From NCBI RefSeq assembly GCF_900101765.1, contig NZ_LT627735.1, forward strand, positions 2,331,344-2,395,343: a stretch of 64,000 nucleotides of DNA. The letters run 5' to 3'. Below the pieces are notes generated by a model. It was not told the DNA's origin. It saw nothing but the letters and a program-made list of their open reading frames with translations, and searched no databases. This DNA comes from Nonlabens sp. Hel1_33_55. Its GTDB lineage: Bacteria; Bacteroidota; Bacteroidia; Flavobacteriales; Flavobacteriaceae. Every line of letters begins with the position of its first letter. Positions within the stretch are counted from its first letter, which is position 1. Below, piece by piece: positions 19,604 through 29,355 of this stretch. The position numbers and the translations under genes were made by a program.

Positions 19604-20460
19604 TATCTTATAAATTTATCTATCACGTAGATGATCTGTATTAATGTTATATAACTCACACTAACCAGCATGAGTTTGCGCGCTACCGCATTCGTTCTTT
19701 CCCTAAATAATTTGACTGAATAATATAAAAACCAAAGTCCCAACAGTAAGATCACCGCAGCACTCCATAAGGTCATGTATAAAGAACCAGTCACGCCAAA
19801 AGCTGGGATCAACGACACCGCAATCGTCCATATCGTATAAAGAACAATCTGAATCGCCGTACCACGATCTGCATTTCCTGTGGGCAACATTTCAAAGCCA
19901 CCAGCTTTGTAGTCGCTTTCCAGCATCCATCCTATCGCCCAAAAATGCGGAAATTGCCAGAAAAACTGCAACATAAATAATGTTCCAGGCTCAATGCCAA
20001 AACTACCACTCGCTGCTACCCAACCCAACATATACGGAATCGCTCCAGGAAAGGCACCCACAAAAACGCATAGCGGAGTTCTCGTCTTCAACGGCGTATA
20101 TACCGCAGCATATAGAATAATACTCAGCGCACCGAAGAAAGCCGTAGGCCAGTTGATCAAGTACAATAAGTAAACACCTGTCAAGGCCATGGTCAGGCCA
20201 AAAATCCAAGCATGGTTCACCGCTATTCTTCCGGTAGGAATAGGCCGGTTCATCGTGCGTTTCATGAGCGCATCGCGATCCTGTTCAATGATTTGGTTGA
20301 AAACGTTTGAGGATCCTACGAGAAAGTAACCACCTATACATAGCAAAACGACCGTTAACCAGTCATAAGTGACAGCACCTAAAAAGTATCCGGCGATAGA
20401 AGAAAACACGACAACGATAGACAGGCGCGGCTTTGTGATTTCCACATAATTGGCCAGCAT
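19603..20460 (-). CDS. cyoE: Protoheme IX farnesyltransferase (heme o synthase)
   Basis: UbiA prenyltransferase fold. The ORF is open to 20568, but the likely start is the Met at 20460 (MLANYVEITKPRLS). Confidence 0.8.
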   Translation of the reverse strand: MLANYVEITKPRLSIVVVFSSIAGYFLGAVTYDWLTVVLLCIGGYFLVGSSNVFNQIIEQDRDALMKRTMNRPIPTGRIAVNHAWIFGLTMALTGVYLLYLINWPTAFFGALSIILYAAVYTPLKTRTPLCVFVGAFPGAIPYMLGWVAASGSFGIEPGTLFMLQFFWQFPHFWAIGWMLESDYKAGGFEMLPTGNADRGTAIQIVLYTIWTIAVSLIPAFGVTGSLYMTLWSAAVILLLGLWFLYYSVKLFRERTNAVARKLMLVSVSYITLIQIIYVIDKFIR

Positions 20461-20589
20461 TCCGGGAGATTTCGCTATGGCTTGTGCCTCACTCAAAAGT
20501 GTCGTTTTTAAGGGTTTGCAAAGATACCCTACAACGCCTTTGTAGCAAAGCAAATAACAGCCTTTCAAGAAGTATGTTAAAGATGAGTC

Positions 20590-20605
20590 CGCTTTCGCGA
20601 AAGTG
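20590..20605. repeat. 16-bp palindrome, 15/16 copy in the leuS-cyoE intergenic region
   Basis: CGCTTTCGCGAAAGTG. Confidence 0.8.
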
Positions 20606-20715
20606 AGGAGTAAATAAGCTTATTTGCAAGTGAAATGCATTTCTTAAAAACGCTCCTTCTCGACTGCCGCTCGAAGCGGCTTGCAAAAGTTTAAAACCAC
20701 AATTGCCCATAAACC

Positions 20716-20762
20716 AATGTCGAGCGACAGCGCTGCGCTGAGTTTACCGAAGCGTCGAGACA
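20716..20762. repeat. Diverged copy of the MITE-like repeat family (inner module CTG.GCTGAGTTTA.CGAAG..TCGA.GAC)
   Basis: TGTCGAGCGACAGCGCTGCGCTGAGTTTACCGAAGCGTCGAGACA aligns with the internally duplicated left arm of the element at 33557. Confidence 0.5.
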
Positions 20763-20861
20763 TGGTTCTTGCACAAATTACAGTACTACCTGTCATCCTG
20801 AACTCGTTTCAGGATCTGCTAGATTATTGTTCCCAGGACATGTTCACTCAAGATCAACGAG

Positions 20862-20882
20862 ACGCTGAAATGAATTCAGCGT
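20862..20882. other. Conserved hairpin ACGCTGAA-ATGAA-TTCAGCGT
   Basis: 8-bp stem with a 5-nt loop; a near-identical hairpin occurs at 42336-42356. Confidence 0.4.
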
Positions 20883-20914
20883 GAAAGTTTGATGAGAGCA
20901 AACACACTTAAATA

Positions 20915-23900
20915 CTATCCCACCACAAAATTCACAATCTTTCCAGGCACGATAATCGTCTTGCGTACTACCTTTCCTTCCAACTGCTCTTGAACTTTCT
21001 CGTTTTCCAAAACCATTTGTTCCAGTTCATCTTTTGAAACATCTACTGGTAGGTCCAGTGTAAATTTCATTTTACCGTTAAACGAAATAGGGTACGTCTT
21101 GCTGCTTTCTACCAGATATTTCTCTTCAAATACTGGAAACTCAGCCTCGCTGATGGATTCATTGTGACCTAGTAATGACCACAATTCTTCTGCGATGTGT
21201 GGCGCATATGGCGACACCAATATCGCAAGTGGTTCCAATACTCCACGGTTATTGCATTTTTGAGCGGTCAATTCATTCACTGCGATCATAAAGCTACTCA
21301 CGCTGGTATTAAATGAGAAGTTCTCAATATCCTCGCGAGTTTTCTTGATGGTTTTATGCAAGGTTTTCATGCTGTCTGGCGAGGCTTTCTCATCGCTCAC
21401 ATTAAAACCGTTTTCATCGTGATACAGTTTCCACAGCTTTTTGATAAAACCATAAACTCCCGTAATTCCTGCGGTATTCCAAGGCTTGGCCTGCTCTAGC
21501 GGACCTAGAAACATTTCATACAAACGCAACGTATCTGCTCCATATTGATCGCAGATATCGTCTGGATTAACGACGTTGTATTTGGACTTAGACATTTTTT
21601 CAACCTCTCGGGAGACCTTCCAGTCAGTAGTGTTAGGTGAATTAAAAAGCTTTCCGTTTTGGAATTCCAGAAAAACACTATTCACATATTCTTGGTGATT
21701 GTTGTGTGATCTGAAATCATCGGTATTCATTTTATCATTATGGACAATTGAAACGTCAACCCTAATTTTACTTAAACTAAAGCTTGGTTCTTCTGGAATA
21801 TCAGACACCGCATTTTTTACGATATAGTCCTGTAATAGATAATCAACGTCTGTGTAAAGCAATGAGTCTGGACCTTCTTTGCTTTCACAAGATTTTGAAA
21901 AGACATCTAAGCTGACAAATGTCGGGTTCTGCATTGAAATCCCATGAATTTCATTTCGTAATTGGTAATAAGGATTCAGTCGATAAGCAAAAGCACTTTC
22001 ACCTAAAATCATCCCTTGATTGATCATCTTTTGGAATGGCTCATTGACCGTGACTTTTCCAAGATCATGCAACAACTTCACCCAGAATCTGCTGTACAAC
22101 AAGTGACCTGTTGCGTGCTCGCTTCCTCCTATATATAGATCGACGTTTTGCCAGTATTCTTGAGCCTCGCTCGAGAACATTTCGTTCTCATTGTTGGCAT
22201 CCATGTATCTAAACATGTACCATGAACTTCCTGCCCAGCCTGGCATGGTGTTTAATTCTAAGGGATATACACAATCACGGTCGTCATCGTTGGAAACGAC
22301 TTTGTTTTCTTTGGTACACCAACTCCAATGCGTGGCACGTCCCAAAGGTGGTGCGCCATCTTCGGTAGGTAGATATTCATCTACCTCTGGTAATTCCAGT
22401 GGCAAATATTTGCGGTCAATCATTTGTGGCAAACCATCTTTGAAATACACTGGAAATGGCTCACCCCAATAACGTTGTCTGGAGAATACCGCATCGCGCA
22501 ATCTGTAGTTGGTCTTTCCTTTACCAGCACCAACTTCTTCCAGCTTTTCAATAGCTGCTGCCATCGCGCCAGATTTATAACTCATTCCGTTAAGGGACTC
22601 GCTGTTGGTGATTTTTGTATCGTCTTTTGCGGCATAGGCTTCCTCACTCACGTCCACATCCTTGAAGATGTTTTTGATTTCGGGCATTCCTTTCTGACCT
22701 GCAAAGAAGTTGGCAAAAGCATGATCACGCTCATCACCACATGGTACTGCCATTACAGCTCCAGTTCCATAACCTGCCAATACATAATCGCCTATCCATA
22801 CCGGTATCTTTTCACCGCTCAATGGATGTAGCGCATAGGCTCCCGTGAATACACCTGATATGGTTTTCACATCTGCCATGCGCTCTCGCTCTGATCTCGC
22901 CGCGGTAGCTTTTTTGTACGCCTCAACCGCTTGTTTTTGATCTTCTGTGGTTATGATATCGACCAACTCATGTTCTGGTGCCAGCGTCATGAAGGTCACT
23001 CCATAGATAGTATCAGGTCGTGTGGTGAAGACGTCTATTTTCAAATCTTTTTCGGAAACATCTGCCCCATTGCCTGCGGCATTTCCCCTAAGGGGAAAAT
23101 TGTCATCGCTTCGATCCAGCTTAAAGGTTACCATCGATCCTATCGATTTTCCAATCCAGTTGCGCTGGATTTCTTTGATGGATTCGCTCCAGTCGAGACC
23201 TTCCAAATCATTCAATAAACGCTCTGCAAATGCGCTAATACGCATCATCCACTGGCGCATTTTTTTGCGCACTACTGGATGACCACCACGTTCTGAAACG
23301 CCGTTGACTATTTCATCATTGGCCAGTACGGTTCCTAATGCTGGACACCAGTTGACTTCGGTATCTGCAAGGAAAGTCAAACGATATTCGAGTAGAATTT
23401 CTTGTTGTTCTTGTTCTGTAAAAGCGTTCCATTCTGCTGCTGTGAACTGTCGCAAATCTTCATCTGTTGCAGCGTTGATGGAAGTTGTTCCGCTTTCGCG
23501 AAAGCAAAACTCCAACTCACTTATAGGGCGTGCTTTGTTTGCAATGTTATCGTACCAGCTGTCAAACAACATGATGAAGATCTCCTGCGTGTATTTGTAA
23601 TAATCTGGAGAGGAGGTTTTTACCTCACGCGACCAGTCAAAACTAAACCCGATGCGGTCCATCTGCTCGCGGTACCTCGCAATGTTGTCCTTTGTAGTAA
23701 TCGCAGGATGCTGACCAGTTTGTATCGCGTACTGTTCTGCCGGCAATCCAAAGCTATCATAACCCATGGGGTGTAACACGTTAAAGCCAGTGTGGCGCTT
23801 ATAACGAGAGACAATGTCGCTGGCGATGTAGCCCAATGGATGACCCACATGCAGACCAGCGCCACTAGGATATGGGAACATATCTAGCGCGTAGAATTTT

Positions 23901-23995
23901 GGCTTTTCAGAATGATTCTGAGCGTGGAACGTGCCGTTCTGGGCCCAGTAATTCTGCCATTTCTTTTCAATTTCCTTGTGGTCGTACAGTAACAT
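20915..23995 (-). CDS. leuS: Leucine--tRNA ligase
   Basis: Class I aaRS with a HIGH-like motif (PYPSGAGLHVGHPLGY) and KMSKS (EKMSKSKYN). The ORF is open to 24037; the likely start is the Met at 23995 (MLLYDHKEIEKKWQ). Confidence 0.9.
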   Translation of the reverse strand: MLLYDHKEIEKKWQNYWAQNGTFHAQNHSEKPKFYALDMFPYPSGAGLHVGHPLGYIASDIVSRYKRHTGFNVLHPMGYDSFGLPAEQYAIQTGQHPAITTKDNIARYREQMDRIGFSFDWSREVKTSSPDYYKYTQEIFIMLFDSWYDNIANKARPISELEFCFRESGTTSINAATDEDLRQFTAAEWNAFTEQEQQEILLEYRLTFLADTEVNWCPALGTVLANDEIVNGVSERGGHPVVRKKMRQWMMRISAFAERLLNDLEGLDWSESIKEIQRNWIGKSIGSMVTFKLDRSDDNFPLRGNAAGNGADVSEKDLKIDVFTTRPDTIYGVTFMTLAPEHELVDIITTEDQKQAVEAYKKATAARSERERMADVKTISGVFTGAYALHPLSGEKIPVWIGDYVLAGYGTGAVMAVPCGDERDHAFANFFAGQKGMPEIKNIFKDVDVSEEAYAAKDDTKITNSESLNGMSYKSGAMAAAIEKLEEVGAGKGKTNYRLRDAVFSRQRYWGEPFPVYFKDGLPQMIDRKYLPLELPEVDEYLPTEDGAPPLGRATHWSWCTKENKVVSNDDDRDCVYPLELNTMPGWAGSSWYMFRYMDANNENEMFSSEAQEYWQNVDLYIGGSEHATGHLLYSRFWVKLLHDLGKVTVNEPFQKMINQGMILGESAFAYRLNPYYQLRNEIHGISMQNPTFVSLDVFSKSCESKEGPDSLLYTDVDYLLQDYIVKNAVSDIPEEPSFSLSKIRVDVSIVHNDKMNTDDFRSHNNHQEYVNSVFLEFQNGKLFNSPNTTDWKVSREVEKMSKSKYNVVNPDDICDQYGADTLRLYEMFLGPLEQAKPWNTAGITGVYGFIKKLWKLYHDENGFNVSDEKASPDSMKTLHKTIKKTREDIENFSFNTSVSSFMIAVNELTAQKCNNRGVLEPLAILVSPYAPHIAEELWSLLGHNESISEAEFPVFEEKYLVESSKTYPISFNGKMKFTLDLPVDVSKDELEQMVLENEKVQEQLEGKVVRKTIIVPGKIVNFVVG
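23491..23506. repeat. 16-bp palindrome, 15/16 copy in the leuS CDS (FCFRES)
   Basis: CGCTTTCGCGAAAGCA. Confidence 0.8.
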
Positions 23996-24084
23996 TCGAT
24001 GGATTTGTAAGCCGCAAAAATAGGCAGTTTGCAACAAGTAATAAACTTATGACGTTGTAAACCCGGACACCACAGGAACTTTGT

Positions 24085-24092
24085 TATTTTTG
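24085..24092 (+). promoter_or_regulatory. Candidate -7 promoter box TAttTTTG upstream of ftsX
   Basis: Matches the Bacteroidetes sigma-A -7 consensus TAnnTTTG about 15-30 bp upstream of the candidate starts. Confidence 0.3.
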
Positions 24093-24120
24093 TTCTCTTA
24101 ATCCATTGCAACAGCGATTT

Positions 24121-24999
24121 ATGGCATCATCTTCTTCCTATCAAAAGCGCCGCTTGTTCAGCTCCTATTTTTGGGTGGTGATCAGTGTTTTCTTGGTACT
24201 TTTTATGTTGGGCCTACAGGGCTTTTTCTTGCTGAATAGCCAGAAACTAGCCGATTACTTCCGCGAGCAGGTGCCTATGTCCATCTATTTTAAGGACAGC
24301 GCCAAGGATGTAGAAATGCAACAGTTGGAGAAATCATTACAAATGGCAGACTATACCAAAAGTGCTGTGTTTGTGAGTAGTGAAGAAGGCGCCAAACAAA
24401 CGATTGACGATCTGGGCGAGGATTTTGTAGCAAAATTGGACGGTTTTAACCCAATACCTAATTCTATTGATGTGCGATTGAACGCAAGTTTTGTGGATGA
24501 TAGCCAGATCCAGCAAATTGCAGATGATCTTGCCGCAAAGGATTTTGTTCAGGAAGTGAGTTATGACAAGCCGCTAGTTTCCCTATTGAACGAGAACGTA
24601 AAACGTATCTCTTTCTGGATGTTGATCGTGAGCGGTGTCTTTATTTTTATTGCCTTCCTATTGATTAACAGCTCTATTCGACTATCGATTTACGCCAAAC
24701 GTTTTACCATCAAAACCATGCAAATGGTAGGTGCGACCAAAGGTTTTATACGCAAACCATTTATCACGACCAGCATCAAACTGGGCGTCATCGGTGCATT
24801 GCTAGCACTAGTAGCCTTAGGCGGCGTGGTCTATTGGATGGATGGTTACGTACCCGAATTAGAAATTTTACAGAACTATAAAATGCTGGCAATTTTGTTT
24901 GTGGGCGTTTTAGTTTTTGGAGTCTTGATCAGTTTGATAAGTACATTTTTTGCAACGACTCGTTATCTTAATTTAAGAACGGATCAGCTTTACTATTAA
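24121..24999 (+). CDS. ftsX: Cell division protein FtsX-like permease
   Basis: An N-terminal TM segment, a periplasmic domain and 3 C-terminal TM segments. The ORF begins at a TTG at 24106; the ATG is at 24121. Confidence 0.7.
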   Translation: MASSSSYQKRRLFSSYFWVVISVFLVLFMLGLQGFFLLNSQKLADYFREQVPMSIYFKDSAKDVEMQQLEKSLQMADYTKSAVFVSSEEGAKQTIDDLGEDFVAKLDGFNPIPNSIDVRLNASFVDDSQIQQIADDLAAKDFVQEVSYDKPLVSLLNENVKRISFWMLIVSGVFIFIAFLLINSSIRLSIYAKRFTIKTMQMVGATKGFIRKPFITTSIKLGVIGALLALVALGGVVYWMDGYVPELEILQNYKMLAILFVGVLVFGVLISLISTFFATTRYLNLRTDQLYY

Positions 25000-25071
25000 A
25001 GACAAAAGATCGCTGCACTCAACGACGAAAGACGAAAGACTATTCTGGTTGCGTAGAATTGATGATGAGTT

Positions 25072-25087
25072 CGCTTTCGCGAAAGCG
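25072..25087. repeat. 16-bp palindrome (perfect), intergenic between ftsX and DUF3098
   Basis: Exact match; about 20 bp upstream of the ATG at 25105. Confidence 0.95.
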
Positions 25088-25104
25088 GAATTATAAAAGA
25101 AATT

Positions 25105-25389
25105 ATGAGTAAAAAAGTCAAAAAGAACGAACCAGTCCAAAGCAACGAGCCTGATTATGTCAAGCCGGTTTTTGGATTTGTTTTTAAGAAGAAAAATTAC
25201 ACGTGGATGATCATAGGTCTTGCCGTGATTGCGTTAGGTTTTATCCTGATGATAGGTGGCGGTAGTGACGATCCCAGCGTATTCAACCCAGAGATATTCT
25301 CGTGGAGACGTATTAGACTTGCGCCAGCTTTAGTTATCATAGGTTTTGGGATTCAGGTATATGCCATCCTTCTAGATCCAGATAAATAA
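25105..25389 (+). CDS. DUF3098-family small membrane protein
   Basis: 94 aa with 2 TM segments, in the conserved position between ftsX and uppP in Bacteroidetes. Confidence 0.5.
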   Translation: MSKKVKKNEPVQSNEPDYVKPVFGFVFKKKNYTWMIIGLAVIALGFILMIGGGSDDPSVFNPEIFSWRRIRLAPALVIIGFGIQVYAILLDPDK

Positions 25390-26186
25390 TGGATGCATTT
25401 GATGCCGCCATCCTGGGCGTAGTTCAAGGTCTCACCGAATTTCTTCCTGTTTCTTCCAGTGGACATTTGGAATTGGGAAAAGCCATTTTAGGAGACACTT
25501 CTGTTCCTGAAGAAAGTTTAATGTTTACAGTGGTGCTTCATTTTGCCACTGCGTTGAGCACCATTGTTGTTTTTAGAAAAGACATTATGGAACTGCTTAA
25601 AGGGATCTTTGCGTTCCAATGGAATGAGGAAACCCAGTTTGCAGCCAAGATTGTCCTATCCATGATTCCAGCAGTATTCGTCGGTTTACTATTTGAAGAA
25701 GAATTGGAATCACTTTTTGGCGGCAATGTGCTGCTTGTTGGATTTATGTTGATCGTTACAGGCCTTTTACTTTTCCTCGCTGGCCGTGCCAAGAATACTG
25801 GTAAATCGGTAAGTTGGAAGGATGCTATCATCATAGGTGTTTCTCAAGCAATCGCAATATTACCAGGAGTTTCACGTAGCGGTGCTACTATTTCAACGTC
25901 CGTTTTGTTAGGTAATGATCGTACTAAAGCGGCTCGCTTTTCCTTTTTGATGGTAGTTCCGTTAATTCTAGGAAAAATAGCCAAAGACGTCATGAGTGGC
26001 GATTTGAATGTAGAATCTAGTTCTAGCTTGCCATTGCTTATAGGTTTTATAGCTGCATTTGTAACTGGGTTGGTGGCTTGTACGTGGATGATTTCGCTCG
26101 TGAAAAAAGCCAAGTTGCATTACTTCTCTTATTACTGTTTTGCGGTTGGGATTGTAGCAATAATTGCAGGCAGTCTCGCAGCGTAA
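25389..26186 (+). CDS. uppP: Undecaprenyl-diphosphate phosphatase
   Basis: GLTEFLPVSSSGHL plus the PGVSRSGATI motifs of BacA/UppP. Confidence 0.85.
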   Translation: MDAFDAAILGVVQGLTEFLPVSSSGHLELGKAILGDTSVPEESLMFTVVLHFATALSTIVVFRKDIMELLKGIFAFQWNEETQFAAKIVLSMIPAVFVGLLFEEELESLFGGNVLLVGFMLIVTGLLLFLAGRAKNTGKSVSWKDAIIIGVSQAIAILPGVSRSGATISTSVLLGNDRTKAARFSFLMVVPLILGKIAKDVMSGDLNVESSSSLPLLIGFIAAFVTGLVACTWMISLVKKAKLHYFSYYCFAVGIVAIIAGSLAA

Positions 26187-26218
26187 ACTTTTTATATTCA
26201 TTCCCAGAAAATCACAAA

Positions 26219-26923
26219 TTGAATCAGCAAGTTCCCGACAACCCATATTCTCCAGGTAACGTCCTACTTTTTGACAAACCTTTAAACTGGACATCGTTCC
26301 AAGTGGTTAACAAAGTTCGCTGGATGATTAAGCAGCGTTATGGATTGAAGAAAATCAAGGTAGGTCATGCGGGAACATTGGATCCGCTAGCTACGGGATT
26401 ACTGATCATTTGCACAGGAAAAAAAACCAAGAACATTGATTCCTACCAAGCCCAAAAAAAGGAATATACTGGAACTATAACATTAGGAGCCACGACACCT
26501 AGCTATGATCTAGAAACCGAGATCGATCAAAATTTTCCAACAGATCATTTAACAAAAGAATTACTTCAAAAAACCACTGAACAGTTCACTGGCGAAATCC
26601 AGCAGCGACCACCTATTTTTAGCGCCATAAAACAAGACGGCAAACGTCTGTATGAACTTGCTCGAGAGGGAAAAACTACAGAGATACCAACCAGATCGGT
26701 AACCGTAATAGATTTTGAATTGACTAGAATCAATCTGCCAGAAGTTGATTTTAGAATCAGCTGCAGTAAAGGAACCTATATTAGATCATTGGCTCATGAT
26801 TTTGGAGCAGCGCTGGACAATGGTGGTCATTTAAGCGCACTGCGCAGGACTAAGATTGGTGATTATAGCGTTGAAGATGCTATAAGTATTGAGGAGTTTG
26901 AGGAAATATTGGAGGTCAATTAA
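26219..26923 (+). CDS. truB: tRNA pseudouridine(55) synthase
   Basis: LLFDKPLNWTSFQVVNKVR...GHAGTLDPLATGLL is TruB. The ORF opens at 26078 overlapping uppP; the likely start is the TTG at 26219 (uncertain). Confidence 0.75.
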   Translation: MNQQVPDNPYSPGNVLLFDKPLNWTSFQVVNKVRWMIKQRYGLKKIKVGHAGTLDPLATGLLIICTGKKTKNIDSYQAQKKEYTGTITLGATTPSYDLETEIDQNFPTDHLTKELLQKTTEQFTGEIQQRPPIFSAIKQDGKRLYELAREGKTTEIPTRSVTVIDFELTRINLPEVDFRISCSKGTYIRSLAHDFGAALDNGGHLSALRRTKIGDYSVEDAISIEEFEEILEVN

Positions 26924-26959
26924 AAACTCAGATGCATTTCAATGCAACGATCTTCTTTT

Positions 26960-27859
26960 TTATTCTTCATTGAGTAACTTTTCCATAAAGCCGACAATCA
27001 GCGGCTTTATCAATTCTGGTCGCGCCCACGCTATCTCGTGTCCAGTATCTGGAATAGTTATGATTTCTATATTCTCAAAAACACCTCTCGTATAATTGAC
27101 GTTATCGTAAGGTACGATGTCATCAACATCGCCATGTATGTGAAGCACTGGAACCTTGATTTGATCCCATTCCGCAGCGATCAAATCCAATTCCTTTGAA
27201 TGAACGGTTTTTTCATCGCCTGCGACACGGTAACCAGTGGGAACCAACCAACGCGTCAGCCACCATTGGGTAAATTTTGATTGCCATATATACTTCTCGT
27301 TATTAGGATCAATCGCTGGTGAAATCATGATGACTCCTTTGACACGGCTGTTTTCATAAGCTAATCTAGCTGCTAGTGGTCCGCCATAGGATGAACCAAC
27401 TGCAATCACATTTTCCAACTCGAAATGATCTAATAGACCGCTCATCAATTTGGCTTGTAAATCGATGGAAGTCATTTCCTTTCCAAAATTGGAATATCCA
27501 TAACCTGGTCGATCTACAGCATGTAAGTTGGCATTCGTAACAAAAGTACTATCACTTAAATATCTGTTCCATGCCGAAAGTGAACTGGGCGATCCATGAA
27601 AAAACACAAAGTTGACGGTAGCATTTTGCCTCTTTACACTTTGAATACGAATATTGAGGTCGAGACTATCGATAGCAAAGTAATCAATCTGATTTTGGAT
27701 TTTTTTAGCGCTGAAATGTTCCTGTAATTCAGCATCTGTGGAGCGGTATTGCAGAACGGTGCAGGATTGTAATACAGCAAATGAAATCGCTATAAAAAAA
27801 AAGGTGACCAATCGCCTGATTAGATTAAACGAGATATTTTGGTCTAAAATTTTTATCAC
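26960..27859 (-). CDS. Alpha/beta-fold hydrolase (secreted/lipoprotein)
   Basis: GSSYGG nucleophile elbow, HGDVDDIVP, and a C-terminal histidine in TGHEIAW. Confidence 0.7.
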   Translation of the reverse strand: MIKILDQNISFNLIRRLVTFFFIAISFAVLQSCTVLQYRSTDAELQEHFSAKKIQNQIDYFAIDSLDLNIRIQSVKRQNATVNFVFFHGSPSSLSAWNRYLSDSTFVTNANLHAVDRPGYGYSNFGKEMTSIDLQAKLMSGLLDHFELENVIAVGSSYGGPLAARLAYENSRVKGVIMISPAIDPNNEKYIWQSKFTQWWLTRWLVPTGYRVAGDEKTVHSKELDLIAAEWDQIKVPVLHIHGDVDDIVPYDNVNYTRGVFENIEIITIPDTGHEIAWARPELIKPLIVGFMEKLLNEE

Positions 27860-27885
27860 CTGATTATCAAATTATAAAGTAAAAA

Positions 27886-28644
27886 CTAGCTGGTCAATTT
27901 ACGCAGTTCTTCCATTTGTTGTTGAAGAGCATTCATTTTACTAGAAATATCGTTTGCAATCTCAGGCAAACGACGGTAGAAGACATATCTCGCGCGCCAT
28001 AGTTCTTTAATTTGTGTAAGCTCGAGTGTCACATCCTCTATTTTTTTATGATCTGCTCTCAAGATCAATTTTTTGCCTGTGATGTACATCCTGCGTAATA
28101 TGAATTGATCTGCAGTGATCGCTAGCACCATGGTACCTGCATTTAATTTGGGGATTACTGCAGTAGGAACACGCTCTGATATAACGATGTCCTTGGGAAA
28201 CAAACCTTCATCACGGCTCGTCATTTCTAAACTATCTACTGTGTAAGCAATGAATTCTTTCTCAAGATTGATAGGCAGACTCAATTGAGGCATGTCTTCA
28301 ATAAACTGGTCGTTCTCTCTGTATTGAAGATATTCACTAGCATTATTAGGAGTAATACAGGGCACACAGGCAAATTTTTCTCTTTCTAAATCATCAGGAG
28401 AGATCGTCAGTTCATCATTAAATCTTAGCAATTGATTCACCGTTAATTCTGCAGTGAGCATATGGTCAATAGAAATGCTAAAATAATTAGCAATCATAAT
28501 GATTGTTTCAATTTTTGGTTCACTACGTCCTTCTTCATAAGCGCCTAATGTACCACGCTTTAAATTAAACAAGTCGGCAAATGCTTGCTGTGACAAACCC
28601 TTAACTCCACGTATCTTTTTGATGTTTTTTCCGAAAAAGGACAT
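27886..28644 (-). CDS. XRE-family helix-turn-helix transcriptional regulator with C-terminal domain
   Basis: N-terminal Cro/C1 HTH (IRGVKGLSQQAFADLFNLKRGTLGAYEEG) plus a C-terminal domain of about 180 aa. Divergent from the ybjN-pspA operon. Confidence 0.65.
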   Translation of the reverse strand: MSFFGKNIKKIRGVKGLSQQAFADLFNLKRGTLGAYEEGRSEPKIETIIMIANYFSISIDHMLTAELTVNQLLRFNDELTISPDDLEREKFACVPCITPNNASEYLQYRENDQFIEDMPQLSLPINLEKEFIAYTVDSLEMTSRDEGLFPKDIVISERVPTAVIPKLNAGTMVLAITADQFILRRMYITGKKLILRADHKKIEDVTLELTQIKELWRARYVFYRRLPEIANDISSKMNALQQQMEELRKLTS

Positions 28645-28804
28645 TATTTTGCTAATTTTATTTGCAATTAAAACTTTTTGCTTATATTTACACTAACAAT
28701 ATTAGCAATATCAATTCATAATTGCTAATTTTTTGAACATTAATACCTCTAGTATTTATGATTAACATTCAAATTAGAACGATGCAGTAGGCCGTTGCAG
28801 AGTT

Positions 28805-28820
28805 CGCTTTCGCGAAAGCG
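28805..28820. repeat. 16-bp palindrome (perfect, extended TTCGCTTTCGCGAAAGCGAAA), in the divergent XRE / ybjN-pspA promoter region
   Basis: Exact match; centred between the divergent starts at 28644 and 28942. Confidence 0.95.
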
Positions 28821-28941
28821 AAATAACCATCAACCTTAAAACAACTATTATGACGACGTTTATTCTTCTCTATATTCAGGAATGCTTAACTATTTTCCTG
28901 TGATCACGAAGCAGCTTTTTGTAATATTAAACCTCTAAAAA

Positions 28942-29343
28942 ATGCCAATGGACAATTATTTTAATACCATTAAGGACTTCCTACAAGAACTTAATTTTGA
29001 GATTACCAGAGAAAATCGTGCTGACGGCATTCTTGTCATTGAAAAAGAAAGTGTAGGTGTAAAGAACCTGATATTAGGGATTGCACCTCCTATTTTAATC
29101 ATGGAGCAATATATTTTCAAAATCAATAACAAAAATGAAGAGGTTTTTAAAAGCCTACTTCAAAAAAATAGAGATATCATTCACGGCGCTTTTGTACTGG
29201 ATGAGAGTGGATCTAAAGTCATCTTTAGAGACACCCTGCAAATTGAGAACATCGACTTGAATGAACTAGAAGGTACACTTAATTCCTTAAGCTTGCTTTT
29301 AAGTGAATACTCTGACCACATTATTAAATTTTCTAAATACTAA
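28942..29343 (+). CDS. YbjN-domain protein (putative sensory transduction regulator/chaperone-like)
   Basis: 133 aa acidic alpha/beta protein, commonly paired with PspA in Bacteroidetes. Confidence 0.5.
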   Translation: MPMDNYFNTIKDFLQELNFEITRENRADGILVIEKESVGVKNLILGIAPPILIMEQYIFKINNKNEEVFKSLLQKNRDIIHGAFVLDESGSKVIFRDTLQIENIDLNELEGTLNSLSLLLSEYSDHIIKFSKY

Positions 29344-29355
29344 AAAAACAATATC

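Noticed and set aside
17977-20568. Cox cluster lacking coxI/coxII as a possible deletion or anomaly
   Set aside because: Cox accessory and subunit III/IV genes are commonly a separate cluster from coxI/II (stated from memory). The upstream gene is leuS with intact ends, so there is no sign of truncation.
22191-23865. Multiple + strand ORFs within leuS, and 23620..23865 on the minus strand
   Set aside because: Overlap the well-supported leuS frame; composition-driven artefacts.
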